Positions 1-7,852 of a stretch of 49,813 bases of DNA are shown here, piece after piece (positions within the stretch are counted from its first letter, which is position 1; every line of letters starts with the position of its first letter). Both the position numbers and the translations under genes were made by a program. The DNA comes from Gemmatimonas sp. (GTDB lineage Bacteria; Gemmatimonadota; Gemmatimonadetes; Gemmatimonadales; Gemmatimonadaceae), in the NCBI GenBank assembly GCA_031414535.1, contig JANNVQ010000024.1:1-49813 (forward strand), written 5' to 3'. The notes under the pieces are model-generated. The model was not told the origin of the DNA. It saw only the letters and a list, made by a program, of their open reading frames with translations, and did not search any database.

Positions 1-49
1 GCGGGGTCGGCGCGCGCGCGGTGGCCCCCCCCCCTCTTAACGTGAACCC

Positions 50-84
50 GCGGCGCGGACCTCGCGCCCCGCGCCGCTCTTTTT
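50..84 (+). terminator. GC-rich hairpin followed by a T-tract; probable intrinsic terminator of a gene upstream of the window
   Basis: GCGGCGCGG (50-58) pairs with CCGCGCCGC (69-77), followed by TCTTTTT. Confidence 0.45.
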
Positions 85-99
85 GTTGCTCCGATTCGC

Positions 100-534
100 T
101 TAGGCGCGAAGCCAATCCGCTTGCCAATCCGTGATGGCGGCCTTGATGGCCTTGGCGTTCTCGAACTCGCCCTTGAGCGTGCGCTCCACCAGCGCCGGGA
201 GTTCGGCGTCCCCAGCAAAGCGCAGCGCGATGAGTTGACGGACGGTCAGCGCCTTGGCGCGCGTGGCGAGTTCGGCGGAGAGCACTTCCTTCATCCGCAG
301 GCGCATCTCGAGACGAATGAGTCGGTTCTGCACCGTGATGGCCATGACGCGAGCGGCGACAACTCCGGCGGAGATGGCTGCAGCCCAGAGCGCGTGGAGA
401 ATCGTGGCTTGCGACGGCGCCTTCACGGCCTGCGTGATGGCATACACGGCGTAGATGGCCGTGACCGGCGAGGCGAAGTAGTGATAGATGGGCAGCCAGC
501 GCGCGTGGCTCTGGAACGACTGCTTGTCTGACAT
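100..534 (-). CDS. DUF6526-like small membrane protein
   Basis: 144 aa with two hydrophobic segments; N-terminal QSFQSHAR and C-terminal QLIALRFAGDAEL...IKAAITDWQADWLRA resemble DUF6526 (recalled, not searched). Confidence 0.6.
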   Translation of the reverse strand: MSDKQSFQSHARWLPIYHYFASPVTAIYAVYAITQAVKAPSQATILHALWAAAISAGVVAARVMAITVQNRLIRLEMRLRMKEVLSAELATRAKALTVRQLIALRFAGDAELPALVERTLKGEFENAKAIKAAITDWQADWLRA

Positions 535-615
535 GGAGACCGGGGGTGGGAGTAGGACTACGTTCAGGGTAACTAACGCAGGAACAAGCCGAGAGGTTCA
601 GCACTACATTCTAGT

Positions 616-1563
616 ATGACCATTCCCAAGCTTCCGTCCAGCGAAATCACCCCGGAAGGGTGGTACGTCGATCGTCGCAAATTCCTAGCCGCTGCCGGCA
701 TTGCCGGAGCAGGCCTGCTCGGCGCTTCCAAGCTCGGCGCATCGGTGCTGCAGGGCCAAGGCCAGCAGGGACCGCAGGCGACCGGCACACCCTACGGCCT
801 GCAGCCGGATGATCGCCCTACGCCCTACGCGGACGTGACGGGCTACAACAACTTCTACGAGTTCGGCACGAGCAAGGAAGATCCGGCCAAAAACGCCGTG
901 AACTTCGTGCCGCGGCCGTGGACGGTGAAGGTGGATGGGCTCTGCGATAACCCTGGTGATTTTCAGCTCGAGGATTTCCTCAAGCCTTCGCGTGTGGAAG
1001 ACCGGATTTATCGCATGCGTTGCGTGGAAGCGTGGAGCATGGTGATTCCCTGGCGCGGCATTCCGCTCAAGGACGTGATTGATCGCGCGCGTCCGCGTGC
1101 ATCGGCACGCTTCGTGGAGTTCACCACGCTGAATGACCCGCGGCGCATGCCGGGCCAGCGCTTTCCGGTCCTTGAGTGGCCGTACAAGGAAGGCCTGCGA
1201 CTCGATGAAGCGCGGAATCCGTTGACCTTGCTCGCGACTGGCGTGTATGGTCGTGATTTGCCGAACCAGAATGGCGCGCCGCTGCGTCTCGTGACGCCCT
1301 GGAAGTATGGCTTTAAGGGCATCAAGAGCATCGTACGCATTCGCTTCACGGAGACGATGCCGACGTCGTCGTGGACGCAGGCGGCATCCAACGAGTACGG
1401 CTTCTACGCCAACGTGAATCCGCAGGTGGATCATCCCCGCTGGAGCCAGGCCACGGAGCGTCGCATCGGTGAGTTTCGTCGTCGGCCGTCGCTCATGTTC
1501 AATGGCTATAGCGATCAGGTGGCCGCGATGTACTCGGGCCTCGATCTGCGCCGGAACTACTGA
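616..1563 (+). CDS. msrP: Protein-methionine-sulfoxide reductase catalytic subunit (molybdopterin)
   Basis: Tat motif [59 protein letters not shown]. Confidence 0.95.
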   Translation: MTIPKLPSSEITPEGWYVDRRKFLAAAGIAGAGLLGASKLGASVLQGQGQQGPQATGTPYGLQPDDRPTPYADVTGYNNFYEFGTSKEDPAKNAVNFVPRPWTVKVDGLCDNPGDFQLEDFLKPSRVEDRIYRMRCVEAWSMVIPWRGIPLKDVIDRARPRASARFVEFTTLNDPRRMPGQRFPVLEWPYKEGLRLDEARNPLTLLATGVYGRDLPNQNGAPLRLVTPWKYGFKGIKSIVRIRFTETMPTSSWTQAASNEYGFYANVNPQVDHPRWSQATERRIGEFRRRPSLMFNGYSDQVAAMYSGLDLRRNY

Positions 1564-1599
1564 GGCTCTTGCTGAAACGTTTGCGAGGCGATCGCTGAG

Positions 1600-2250
1600 A
1601 TGACAGTACTCGGAGGAATTGAGCGGCAGCCGCGCGGGTTCGGCGTGGTGCTCATTGCCGTGGCGGCCGCGCCGGCATTCTGGCTCGCCTGGGCGATTTA
1701 CTCCGACTTCACCATGGGCACGAGCTATTTGGGTTCAGATCCCATCAAGGAGGCCGAGCATTCCTACGGCGAGATGACGCTCCGCATGCTGATTGCGACG
1801 CTGGCGATCACGCCGATACGGCGTATCACGGGTTGGAACTGGCTCGCGAAGCACCGCCGTACGCTCGGGCTTTTTGCGTTTTCGTACGGTGTGCTGCACC
1901 TGTCGGTGTGGATGTTTCTCGACGTGCAACTGATTATCTCGGAGTACGTCGGCTGGGACGTGGTGAAGACGGATTTGTTCAAGCGTCCGTACATCACGAT
2001 TGGCATGTTGGCATTGCTGTTAATGTTGCCGCTGGCCATCACGAGCACGAAGGGGATGATTAAGCGACTGGGGAAGAAGTGGACCAAGCTGCACCGGCTG
2101 ACGTATGTGATCGTCATCCTCGGCCTGATTCATTTCTTCATGGCCGTGAAGCTCGATTGGCGTGAGCCGCTGGTGTACGCGCTGGTGGTGGCGGCGCTGT
2201 TGGGCTGGCGAATCTACGAATCGCGACGCCGCGCGGCCGTGACCGCGTAG
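1600..2250 (+). CDS. msrQ: Protein-methionine-sulfoxide reductase heme-binding membrane subunit
   Basis: Ferric-reductase-like TM protein with RRTLGLFAFSY, KRPYITIG, PLAITS, WTKLHRLTY; follows msrP. Confidence 0.92.
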   Translation: MTVLGGIERQPRGFGVVLIAVAAAPAFWLAWAIYSDFTMGTSYLGSDPIKEAEHSYGEMTLRMLIATLAITPIRRITGWNWLAKHRRTLGLFAFSYGVLHLSVWMFLDVQLIISEYVGWDVVKTDLFKRPYITIGMLALLLMLPLAITSTKGMIKRLGKKWTKLHRLTYVIVILGLIHFFMAVKLDWREPLVYALVVAALLGWRIYESRRRAAVTA

Positions 2251-2260
2251 ATTCATCGGG

Positions 2261-3676
2261 GTGAAGAGACCCCCGTACATTCCCGTGAAGCAGGCTGCGA
2301 AGCCGCGAGCGAAGGTTACGCCGAAGGTTACGCCGAAGGCTGCGCCGAAAAGTGACTCGGGTGCAGGCTCAGGCTCCGGTTCGAAATCCAGCGCAAAGCG
2401 GGGTGCGAAATCGGCCGATGCGCAGTCCTCACCTGAGCTTGAGGCAAAGACCGGACGACAGCCGGCTGCCAAGCCCGCGCCGAAGTCTCAGCGCGACGAG
2501 TCGCAGAAGTACGAGGCTTGGGCGGTGGCCGCACCGGGTCTAGAGCCGCTGCTTGAAGCCGAGTTTCGCGCATTGGGATTTGCCGATGCAACAGCGAGCG
2601 CTGGCGGCGTTCGCTTCACGACGAATGCACGCGGACTCGCGCTCGCGAACCTGCAGTCGCGGTTGGCGAGTCGTGTGGTCGTGCGCCTCTCGGAATTCAA
2701 GGCACTCGCCTTCCACGAACTCGAGCGCGCCGCGCGCCGCGTGGAGTGGGGTCGCATGCTGGCACCAGGTGCGACGTTCCGCCTGCGAGTCACCGCGAAG
2801 AAGTCACGCCTGTATCACTCGGACGCAATCGCCGAGCGAGTGGCGGACGCGATTTGCCGCAGCGTGGCAGGCGCGCGGCGCGTGGACGGGCCCGCGAAGG
2901 ATGAGGACGAACAGGACGATGCCGCGCCGCACTCGCTGGGTGTGGCGCCGGATTCTGAGAACGCACAGCTGTTTGTGGTGCGCTTTGATCACGATCGCTG
3001 CACGGTGAGCGCGGACGCTTCGGGCGCCTTGTTGCACCGCCGCGGATACCGCCAAGCGGTGGCCAAGGCGCCTCTGCGTGAGACGCTTGCTGCCGCCGTG
3101 CTCGTGGCGCTGGGCTACGATGCCACGAAGCCACTGGTTGATCCATTTTGTGGATCGGGCACGCTGCTCATCGAGGCGGCGATGATGGCGCGTCGTATCG
3201 CGCCAGGATCTCAGCGCCGCTTCGCCGCAGAACGTTGGCCGGAGATGGGTGCCAAAGCCTGGCGCGAGGTGCGCGAGGCGGCGCTTGCCGCAGAGCTTCC
3301 GCATGCGCCGGCGGTGATTGTTGGGAGCGATCGCGATGCTGGTGCCATTGAAGCGGCGATATCCAACGCCGAGCGAGCCGGCGTGCGCGCGGACATCGAG
3401 CTCGTGCATCGTCCGCTCTCAGGGCTGGTGTTGCTCAGTGACGAGGGATTACTCGCGACCAACCCGCCCTACGGTATGCGTCTGAGTGAGAAGGGGCCGC
3501 TACGCGACCTGTATGCGCGCTTAGGGCAGGTGATACGACAGAGTGGTCGTGGCTGGCGTTTGGGAATGATTTCGGCGGACCGTCAGCTCGAAGGACACAC
3601 GGGGCTGCGTTTCGCGGAGCGGGTGCGCACGAGTAATGGCGGGATATCCGTGCGCATTATTGAGGCCGCGCAGTAG
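2261..3676 (+). CDS. THUMP-domain class I SAM-dependent RNA methyltransferase (RlmL-like)
   Basis: LHRRGYR, APLRETLAA, DPFCGSGT, NPPYG; ~80-aa low-complexity N-terminus, so the start is uncertain. Confidence 0.85.
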   Translation: MKRPPYIPVKQAAKPRAKVTPKVTPKAAPKSDSGAGSGSGSKSSAKRGAKSADAQSSPELEAKTGRQPAAKPAPKSQRDESQKYEAWAVAAPGLEPLLEAEFRALGFADATASAGGVRFTTNARGLALANLQSRLASRVVVRLSEFKALAFHELERAARRVEWGRMLAPGATFRLRVTAKKSRLYHSDAIAERVADAICRSVAGARRVDGPAKDEDEQDDAAPHSLGVAPDSENAQLFVVRFDHDRCTVSADASGALLHRRGYRQAVAKAPLRETLAAAVLVALGYDATKPLVDPFCGSGTLLIEAAMMARRIAPGSQRRFAAERWPEMGAKAWREVREAALAAELPHAPAVIVGSDRDAGAIEAAISNAERAGVRADIELVHRPLSGLVLLSDEGLLATNPPYGMRLSEKGPLRDLYARLGQVIRQSGRGWRLGMISADRQLEGHTGLRFAERVRTSNGGISVRIIEAAQ

Positions 3677-3705
3677 CAGCTACTGCGCGGTGGCGCTGTT
3701 CGGGC

Positions 3706-4983
3706 CTAGAACGTGAAACCGAAGGCGAGGTTGATGTGATCGGCGTTGCGAACACCGCTTGCGTATGTCGTCGCGAGCTTGCGCCACTCCACTCCAACAA
3801 TGATTGGGCCGGTCGGCGTCCACTGCGCACTCAGCGATTGCACTTCGTTGCGGCGACGCCCCGTGGCGACTGGCACATCGGCGAGTTCGGGCTCGTCGGA
3901 GCCGTAGCCGAGTCCGAATTGCCAGCGCATGTTGGGACGCAGGTTGAGTTGGGCCCAGCCGCCGGTGGTCTGCAGGGCTTCGCCTGATGCGCTGATGCCT
4001 TGGCCGATGCCGCCGCCGCCGAGCCCGCTGAGTAGCTGACCACTGAAGAACTCACCGCGAAGTTCGAAGATGCGTGCAAATGGGATGAGCGCACTCAGGG
4101 CAATCGCCTCGCTCTTGAGTTCGACGGAATCTGCCTGCGTGAGCACTCGGCCGCTGTGCACACCGAATCCGATTTCGCCGATGCGATCCTCTTGGCCCCA
4201 CTTGGTACTCACGCGCGCCTGCAGCGAGGGCCAGCGTGAACGCTCAGCGGGGTCGAAGCCCGCGTTGAAGGTGTTGACGGTGCTCTGTACGACCGGTGCG
4301 AGGATGGCGCCTTGCACACCGAAGCGCACCGCGCCCGGTGTTTCGTAGCTCGCGCGGAGCTGTGGCAGCCAGAGCCAGAGGTTGCCCGCATTGGCGAAGC
4401 CTGGAGTTCCGATGGTCGCCAGTGAAACGGGGTCGAGGTCGGTGATAAGTGGCTGGTCTTGGCCGGCCATGAGCGTGACACGATCCCACATGAGCGCGGC
4501 GCGCGCGGTTCGTAAGCGAACAAGTGGGAAGTGGCGCCCTCCGCTCGACGCGAACTGGCCGCCAAAGAAGTCCACGTCCATATCGCCCACGAAGGTCCCG
4601 CCGAGGATGTCGGAGGCGGTGACGGCGAGGCCGAACATGGATTGGCGCATCGAGAGCGTGCTCCCCCCAGGCCGTTCGTTCGCGATTGCCGGTGAAACGA
4701 AGAGCGGCAGGTCCGCATTGTTGGTAGCGGCGCTGGTGTGCAGCGCATGCACGAGCACGCGCCCGTGGAACTCCATTCCGATGCGTGAGCGGGTGCGGAC
4801 GGCGGTGCTCGCGTCCGCCGCGAGCTGCTCCTTAAGCGCTTGAACGGTGGCCTCGAGATCCTCGAGGCGTTGGCGCAGGGAATCCACCGCGGGTTCCGGG
4901 GTAGGATCCTGAGCCTGAAGCGGCGTACGTAGCGATGGTGTGACGAACATCACGCCAAGCGATACAGCAGCGAGGAATCTCAT
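3706..4983 (-). CDS. Outer-membrane beta-barrel porin-like protein (DcaP-like)
   Basis: Start at MRFLAAV with GGAG upstream; signal peptide, coiled coil (LRQRLEDLEATVQALKEQL), amphipathic strands, C-terminal AFGFTF. Confidence 0.7.
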   Translation of the reverse strand: MRFLAAVSLGVMFVTPSLRTPLQAQDPTPEPAVDSLRQRLEDLEATVQALKEQLAADASTAVRTRSRIGMEFHGRVLVHALHTSAATNNADLPLFVSPAIANERPGGSTLSMRQSMFGLAVTASDILGGTFVGDMDVDFFGGQFASSGGRHFPLVRLRTARAALMWDRVTLMAGQDQPLITDLDPVSLATIGTPGFANAGNLWLWLPQLRASYETPGAVRFGVQGAILAPVVQSTVNTFNAGFDPAERSRWPSLQARVSTKWGQEDRIGEIGFGVHSGRVLTQADSVELKSEAIALSALIPFARIFELRGEFFSGQLLSGLGGGGIGQGISASGEALQTTGGWAQLNLRPNMRWQFGLGYGSDEPELADVPVATGRRRNEVQSLSAQWTPTGPIIVGVEWRKLATTYASGVRNADHINLAFGFTF

Positions 4984-5047
4984 TAACTTCTCCGGATGGC
5001 GGCGCCCGCTCGTGGCGGCGCAACGGGGCAACAATTAGGAGGTGACT

Positions 5048-5746
5048 GTGCAAAAAATGGAACACCGGCTCAACGGATTGAAGCTACTCGCGGCGCTGGC
5101 GCTGCTGGGTCTGCCCACTATTTCCGTGGCGCAGGGAAGCGTCGCGGGCCGAGTGACGATTGCAGAGCGCCCAGGCGAACAGACCGCGGACCTTGGGAAC
5201 ACCGTGATTTACCTCGTGCGCAGGGGCGGCGCCACACCGCGGCTCGCGGCGACCAACACGAGCATCGCGATGAATGGCCGCGCCTTTGTACCCCGTGTGC
5301 GCGTGGTGATGACGGGGAGCAAGGTAGATTTTCCGAACCAGGATCCGTTCAGCCACAACATTTTTTCCACCACGCCGGGCGCAGTGTTCGACCTCGGCCT
5401 GTATCCGGCGGGTCGGTCCAAGGACGTGACGTTCCGGCGGGGTGGCGAGTTTCCTGTGTACTGCAACATCCATCCGCGGATGACGGCGTTTGTGATTTCC
5501 GTCCCCACGCCGCACTATGCGATGGCTGGCGCAGATGGCCGGTTCAACATTTCAGGCGTGCCCGCTGGTGAGTACACGCTCACCGTGTGGCACGAGCGCA
5601 CGCGGAAGGTTGAGCAGCCGCTGACGGTGGCGGCTACCGGTTCGGCCCTGCCGGATGTGGCGCTTGATGCACGTGGGTTCCGTTTTGTGCAGCACCGCGA
5701 CAAGAACAACCGCGAGTACACCAGCTCCGGCCGCGACCGCTACTAG
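5048..5746 (+). CDS. Secreted cupredoxin-like protein with a carboxypeptidase-regulatory-like domain
   Basis: AGGAGG at 5037-5042 then GTG; signal peptide; FPNQD..SHNIFS and YCNIHPRM (His, Cys-x2-His-x2-Met); GRFNISGVPAGEYTLTVWH. Confidence 0.75.
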   Translation: MQKMEHRLNGLKLLAALALLGLPTISVAQGSVAGRVTIAERPGEQTADLGNTVIYLVRRGGATPRLAATNTSIAMNGRAFVPRVRVVMTGSKVDFPNQDPFSHNIFSTTPGAVFDLGLYPAGRSKDVTFRRGGEFPVYCNIHPRMTAFVISVPTPHYAMAGADGRFNISGVPAGEYTLTVWHERTRKVEQPLTVAATGSALPDVALDARGFRFVQHRDKNNREYTSSGRDRY

Positions 5747-5770
5747 CCTTCCCCCTCCGCCAACCCCACC

Positions 5771-7789
5771 GTGGCCAAGCGTACTCTATCCCTCAACGTC
5801 AAGATCTTCATTGGCATCTCGGTGGTCGTGCTTGTGGTATTGGGCGCGACGCTGGCAATCACGGCGCGGTCGGCCCGCACGGCGGCCGAAGCGAGCGTTG
5901 GGCGAGTGGCGGTGGCGGCGCGTGAAGCCTTGAATGCACAGCTCGCCGGGCGCAGCGAGGGACTGCTTAAGTCCGCGCGCGCCTTCACGGAGAACTCCCA
6001 GTTCCGCGATCTCGTGCGACAGAGTCGCGAAGACCAGTCGTCCAGTTTGCTCGACCAAGCGACGGTTGCCGTCGAAAGCACCGGGTCTGATTGGGTGCAG
6101 ATCACGGATGGCCAAGGCGTACGGCTTGCGAAGAGCGATGAGCCGCAGGCGGCGAACGACACATTGGCGGGTTCGCCAGCCATCGGCGGGGCCCTCGAAG
6201 GACGTGAGATCGAGGCGTACGGCATCACGGCCGATTCACTGATCACGCAGATTGCCGTCGTGCCAATCGAGGACAATTCGGTAGTGTACGGCACCTTGAT
6301 GGTCGTGCGGTATATCGACGACGCATTCGCGGCGGTCGTGAAGCAGGCGGCAGTGGATCAAGTGGAGGTCGTGTTCTACGCCTTGGATGCCGATGACGTC
6401 CCGCGCGTGAACGGCACGACGATGGATCGCGCCGGCCTGACGCCCGAACTCATGGCGCGGCTGCATACCATCGCGTCGTCGGAAGTCGCGGATGAGCGCA
6501 TTGATGTCGAAATGGGTGGTAAGCAGTACGTCTCGCTCGGCGGCCTCCTGCGTTCTGCGGGTGGCACGCCCTTGGGCGGGTTTGCGCTCATGCGTGATCG
6601 CGACGCGGAGTTCGCGCTCTTCAACGAGCTCGAGCGCACGATTCTCTTCAGCGGCGCTGCCGGGCTCATCTTCGCATTTTTGTTTTCGTTGCTGGTGGCC
6701 AAGTGGGTCACGGGTCCGGTGACCAAACTTGCCGCGGCCGCACGCCGCGCCTCGGACGGTGACTACGAAGCGGAAATCACTGCGAGCTCCAAGGACGAGA
6801 TTGGCGCGCTGGCGAGCGCATTTCGCCGCCTGCTCGGCGATTTGAAGGAAAAGCAGGCCCTCGTCGAGTTCCTTTCGTCGACCGACGAAGCGAAGACCGT
6901 GACGATCAACACCGGGCAGATCACGGGCACGCAAGCGAATCGAGTGGCCGCCGTAGGCCTCGTGCCGGGCCACACCTTCGCGAGCCGCTACGAGGTGAAG
7001 GAGATCCTCGGCCAGGGCGGCATGGGCACCGTGTTCAAGGCCGTGGACCGCGAGCTCGGCGAAGTCATCGCCATCAAGACGCTCAAGCAAGAGTTCCTGA
7101 AGGACGATCCGACGGCGCTCGAACGCTTCAAGAGCGAGATTCGCCTCGCGCGAAAGGTCTCGCATCGCAACATCGTGCGCACCCACGACCTCGGCGAGCG
7201 CGACGGCGTGTACTTCATCACGATGGAGTACGTGGAAGGCACCTCGCTCAAGCAGCTCGTTCGCTCCCGCGGGCGGTTGCCGATCGCGGTGGCCTTGAGC
7301 GTGGGCAAGCAGTTGGCCCGTGCACTCGAGGTCGCGCATGACCAAGGCATCATCCACCGCGACATCAAGCCGCAGAACATGGTGGTGGAGGCCGACGGCG
7401 TACTGAAGGTGATGGATTTCGGCATCGCGCGCCTCGCGACGCGACCGCAGGAGAGCGGGATGACGCAGGCCGGTGCCATCATCGGGACGCCTGAGTACAT
7501 GGCCCCCGAGCAGGTGACGGCGGGCGACGCCGTGGACCATCGCGCGGACCTGTACGCGATGGGCGCGGTGCTGTACGAGTGCGTGACGGGGCGGCCGCCG
7601 CTGACGGCGGATACGCCGTATCAGATTATTGCGCGCTTGCTGGAGGATACGCCGGATGCGACGCGGTCGATCAATGATGAGGTGCCGGCCGGATTCGACG
7701 CGTTGATCATGCAACTGCTGGCGAAGAAGGCTTCCGGGCGTCCGCAGTCGGCGTTGGAGGTTCACGATCGGCTGGCGGCGATCGGCTAG
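5771..7789 (+). CDS. Membrane Ser/Thr protein kinase with periplasmic (Cache-like) sensor and HAMP domain
   Basis: TM - periplasmic region - TM - HAMP (DEIGALASAF) - kinase (GQGGMG, AIK, HRDIKPQN, DFG, GTPEYMAPE). Confidence 0.9.
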   Translation: MAKRTLSLNVKIFIGISVVVLVVLGATLAITARSARTAAEASVGRVAVAAREALNAQLAGRSEGLLKSARAFTENSQFRDLVRQSREDQSSSLLDQATVAVESTGSDWVQITDGQGVRLAKSDEPQAANDTLAGSPAIGGALEGREIEAYGITADSLITQIAVVPIEDNSVVYGTLMVVRYIDDAFAAVVKQAAVDQVEVVFYALDADDVPRVNGTTMDRAGLTPELMARLHTIASSEVADERIDVEMGGKQYVSLGGLLRSAGGTPLGGFALMRDRDAEFALFNELERTILFSGAAGLIFAFLFSLLVAKWVTGPVTKLAAAARRASDGDYEAEITASSKDEIGALASAFRRLLGDLKEKQALVEFLSSTDEAKTVTINTGQITGTQANRVAAVGLVPGHTFASRYEVKEILGQGGMGTVFKAVDRELGEVIAIKTLKQEFLKDDPTALERFKSEIRLARKVSHRNIVRTHDLGERDGVYFITMEYVEGTSLKQLVRSRGRLPIAVALSVGKQLARALEVAHDQGIIHRDIKPQNMVVEADGVLKVMDFGIARLATRPQESGMTQAGAIIGTPEYMAPEQVTAGDAVDHRADLYAMGAVLYECVTGRPPLTADTPYQIIARLLEDTPDATRSINDEVPAGFDALIMQLLAKKASGRPQSALEVHDRLAAIG

Positions 7790-7852
7790 CCGAGGCCGAC
7801 GGCGGGAACAGGGGACGACCATCTTGAGGGGGCAATCATTAGATTACCTCCT

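Noticed and set aside
1..49. G/C runs at the window start
   Set aside because: Truncated context at the edge; low complexity with no assignable feature.
6236..7822. Long antisense ORFs (528 aa here; also 17937-19496, 42996-44570, 9446-10507, 25631-26776)
   Set aside because: Shadow frames of well-supported genes in high-GC DNA, with no recognisable motifs.
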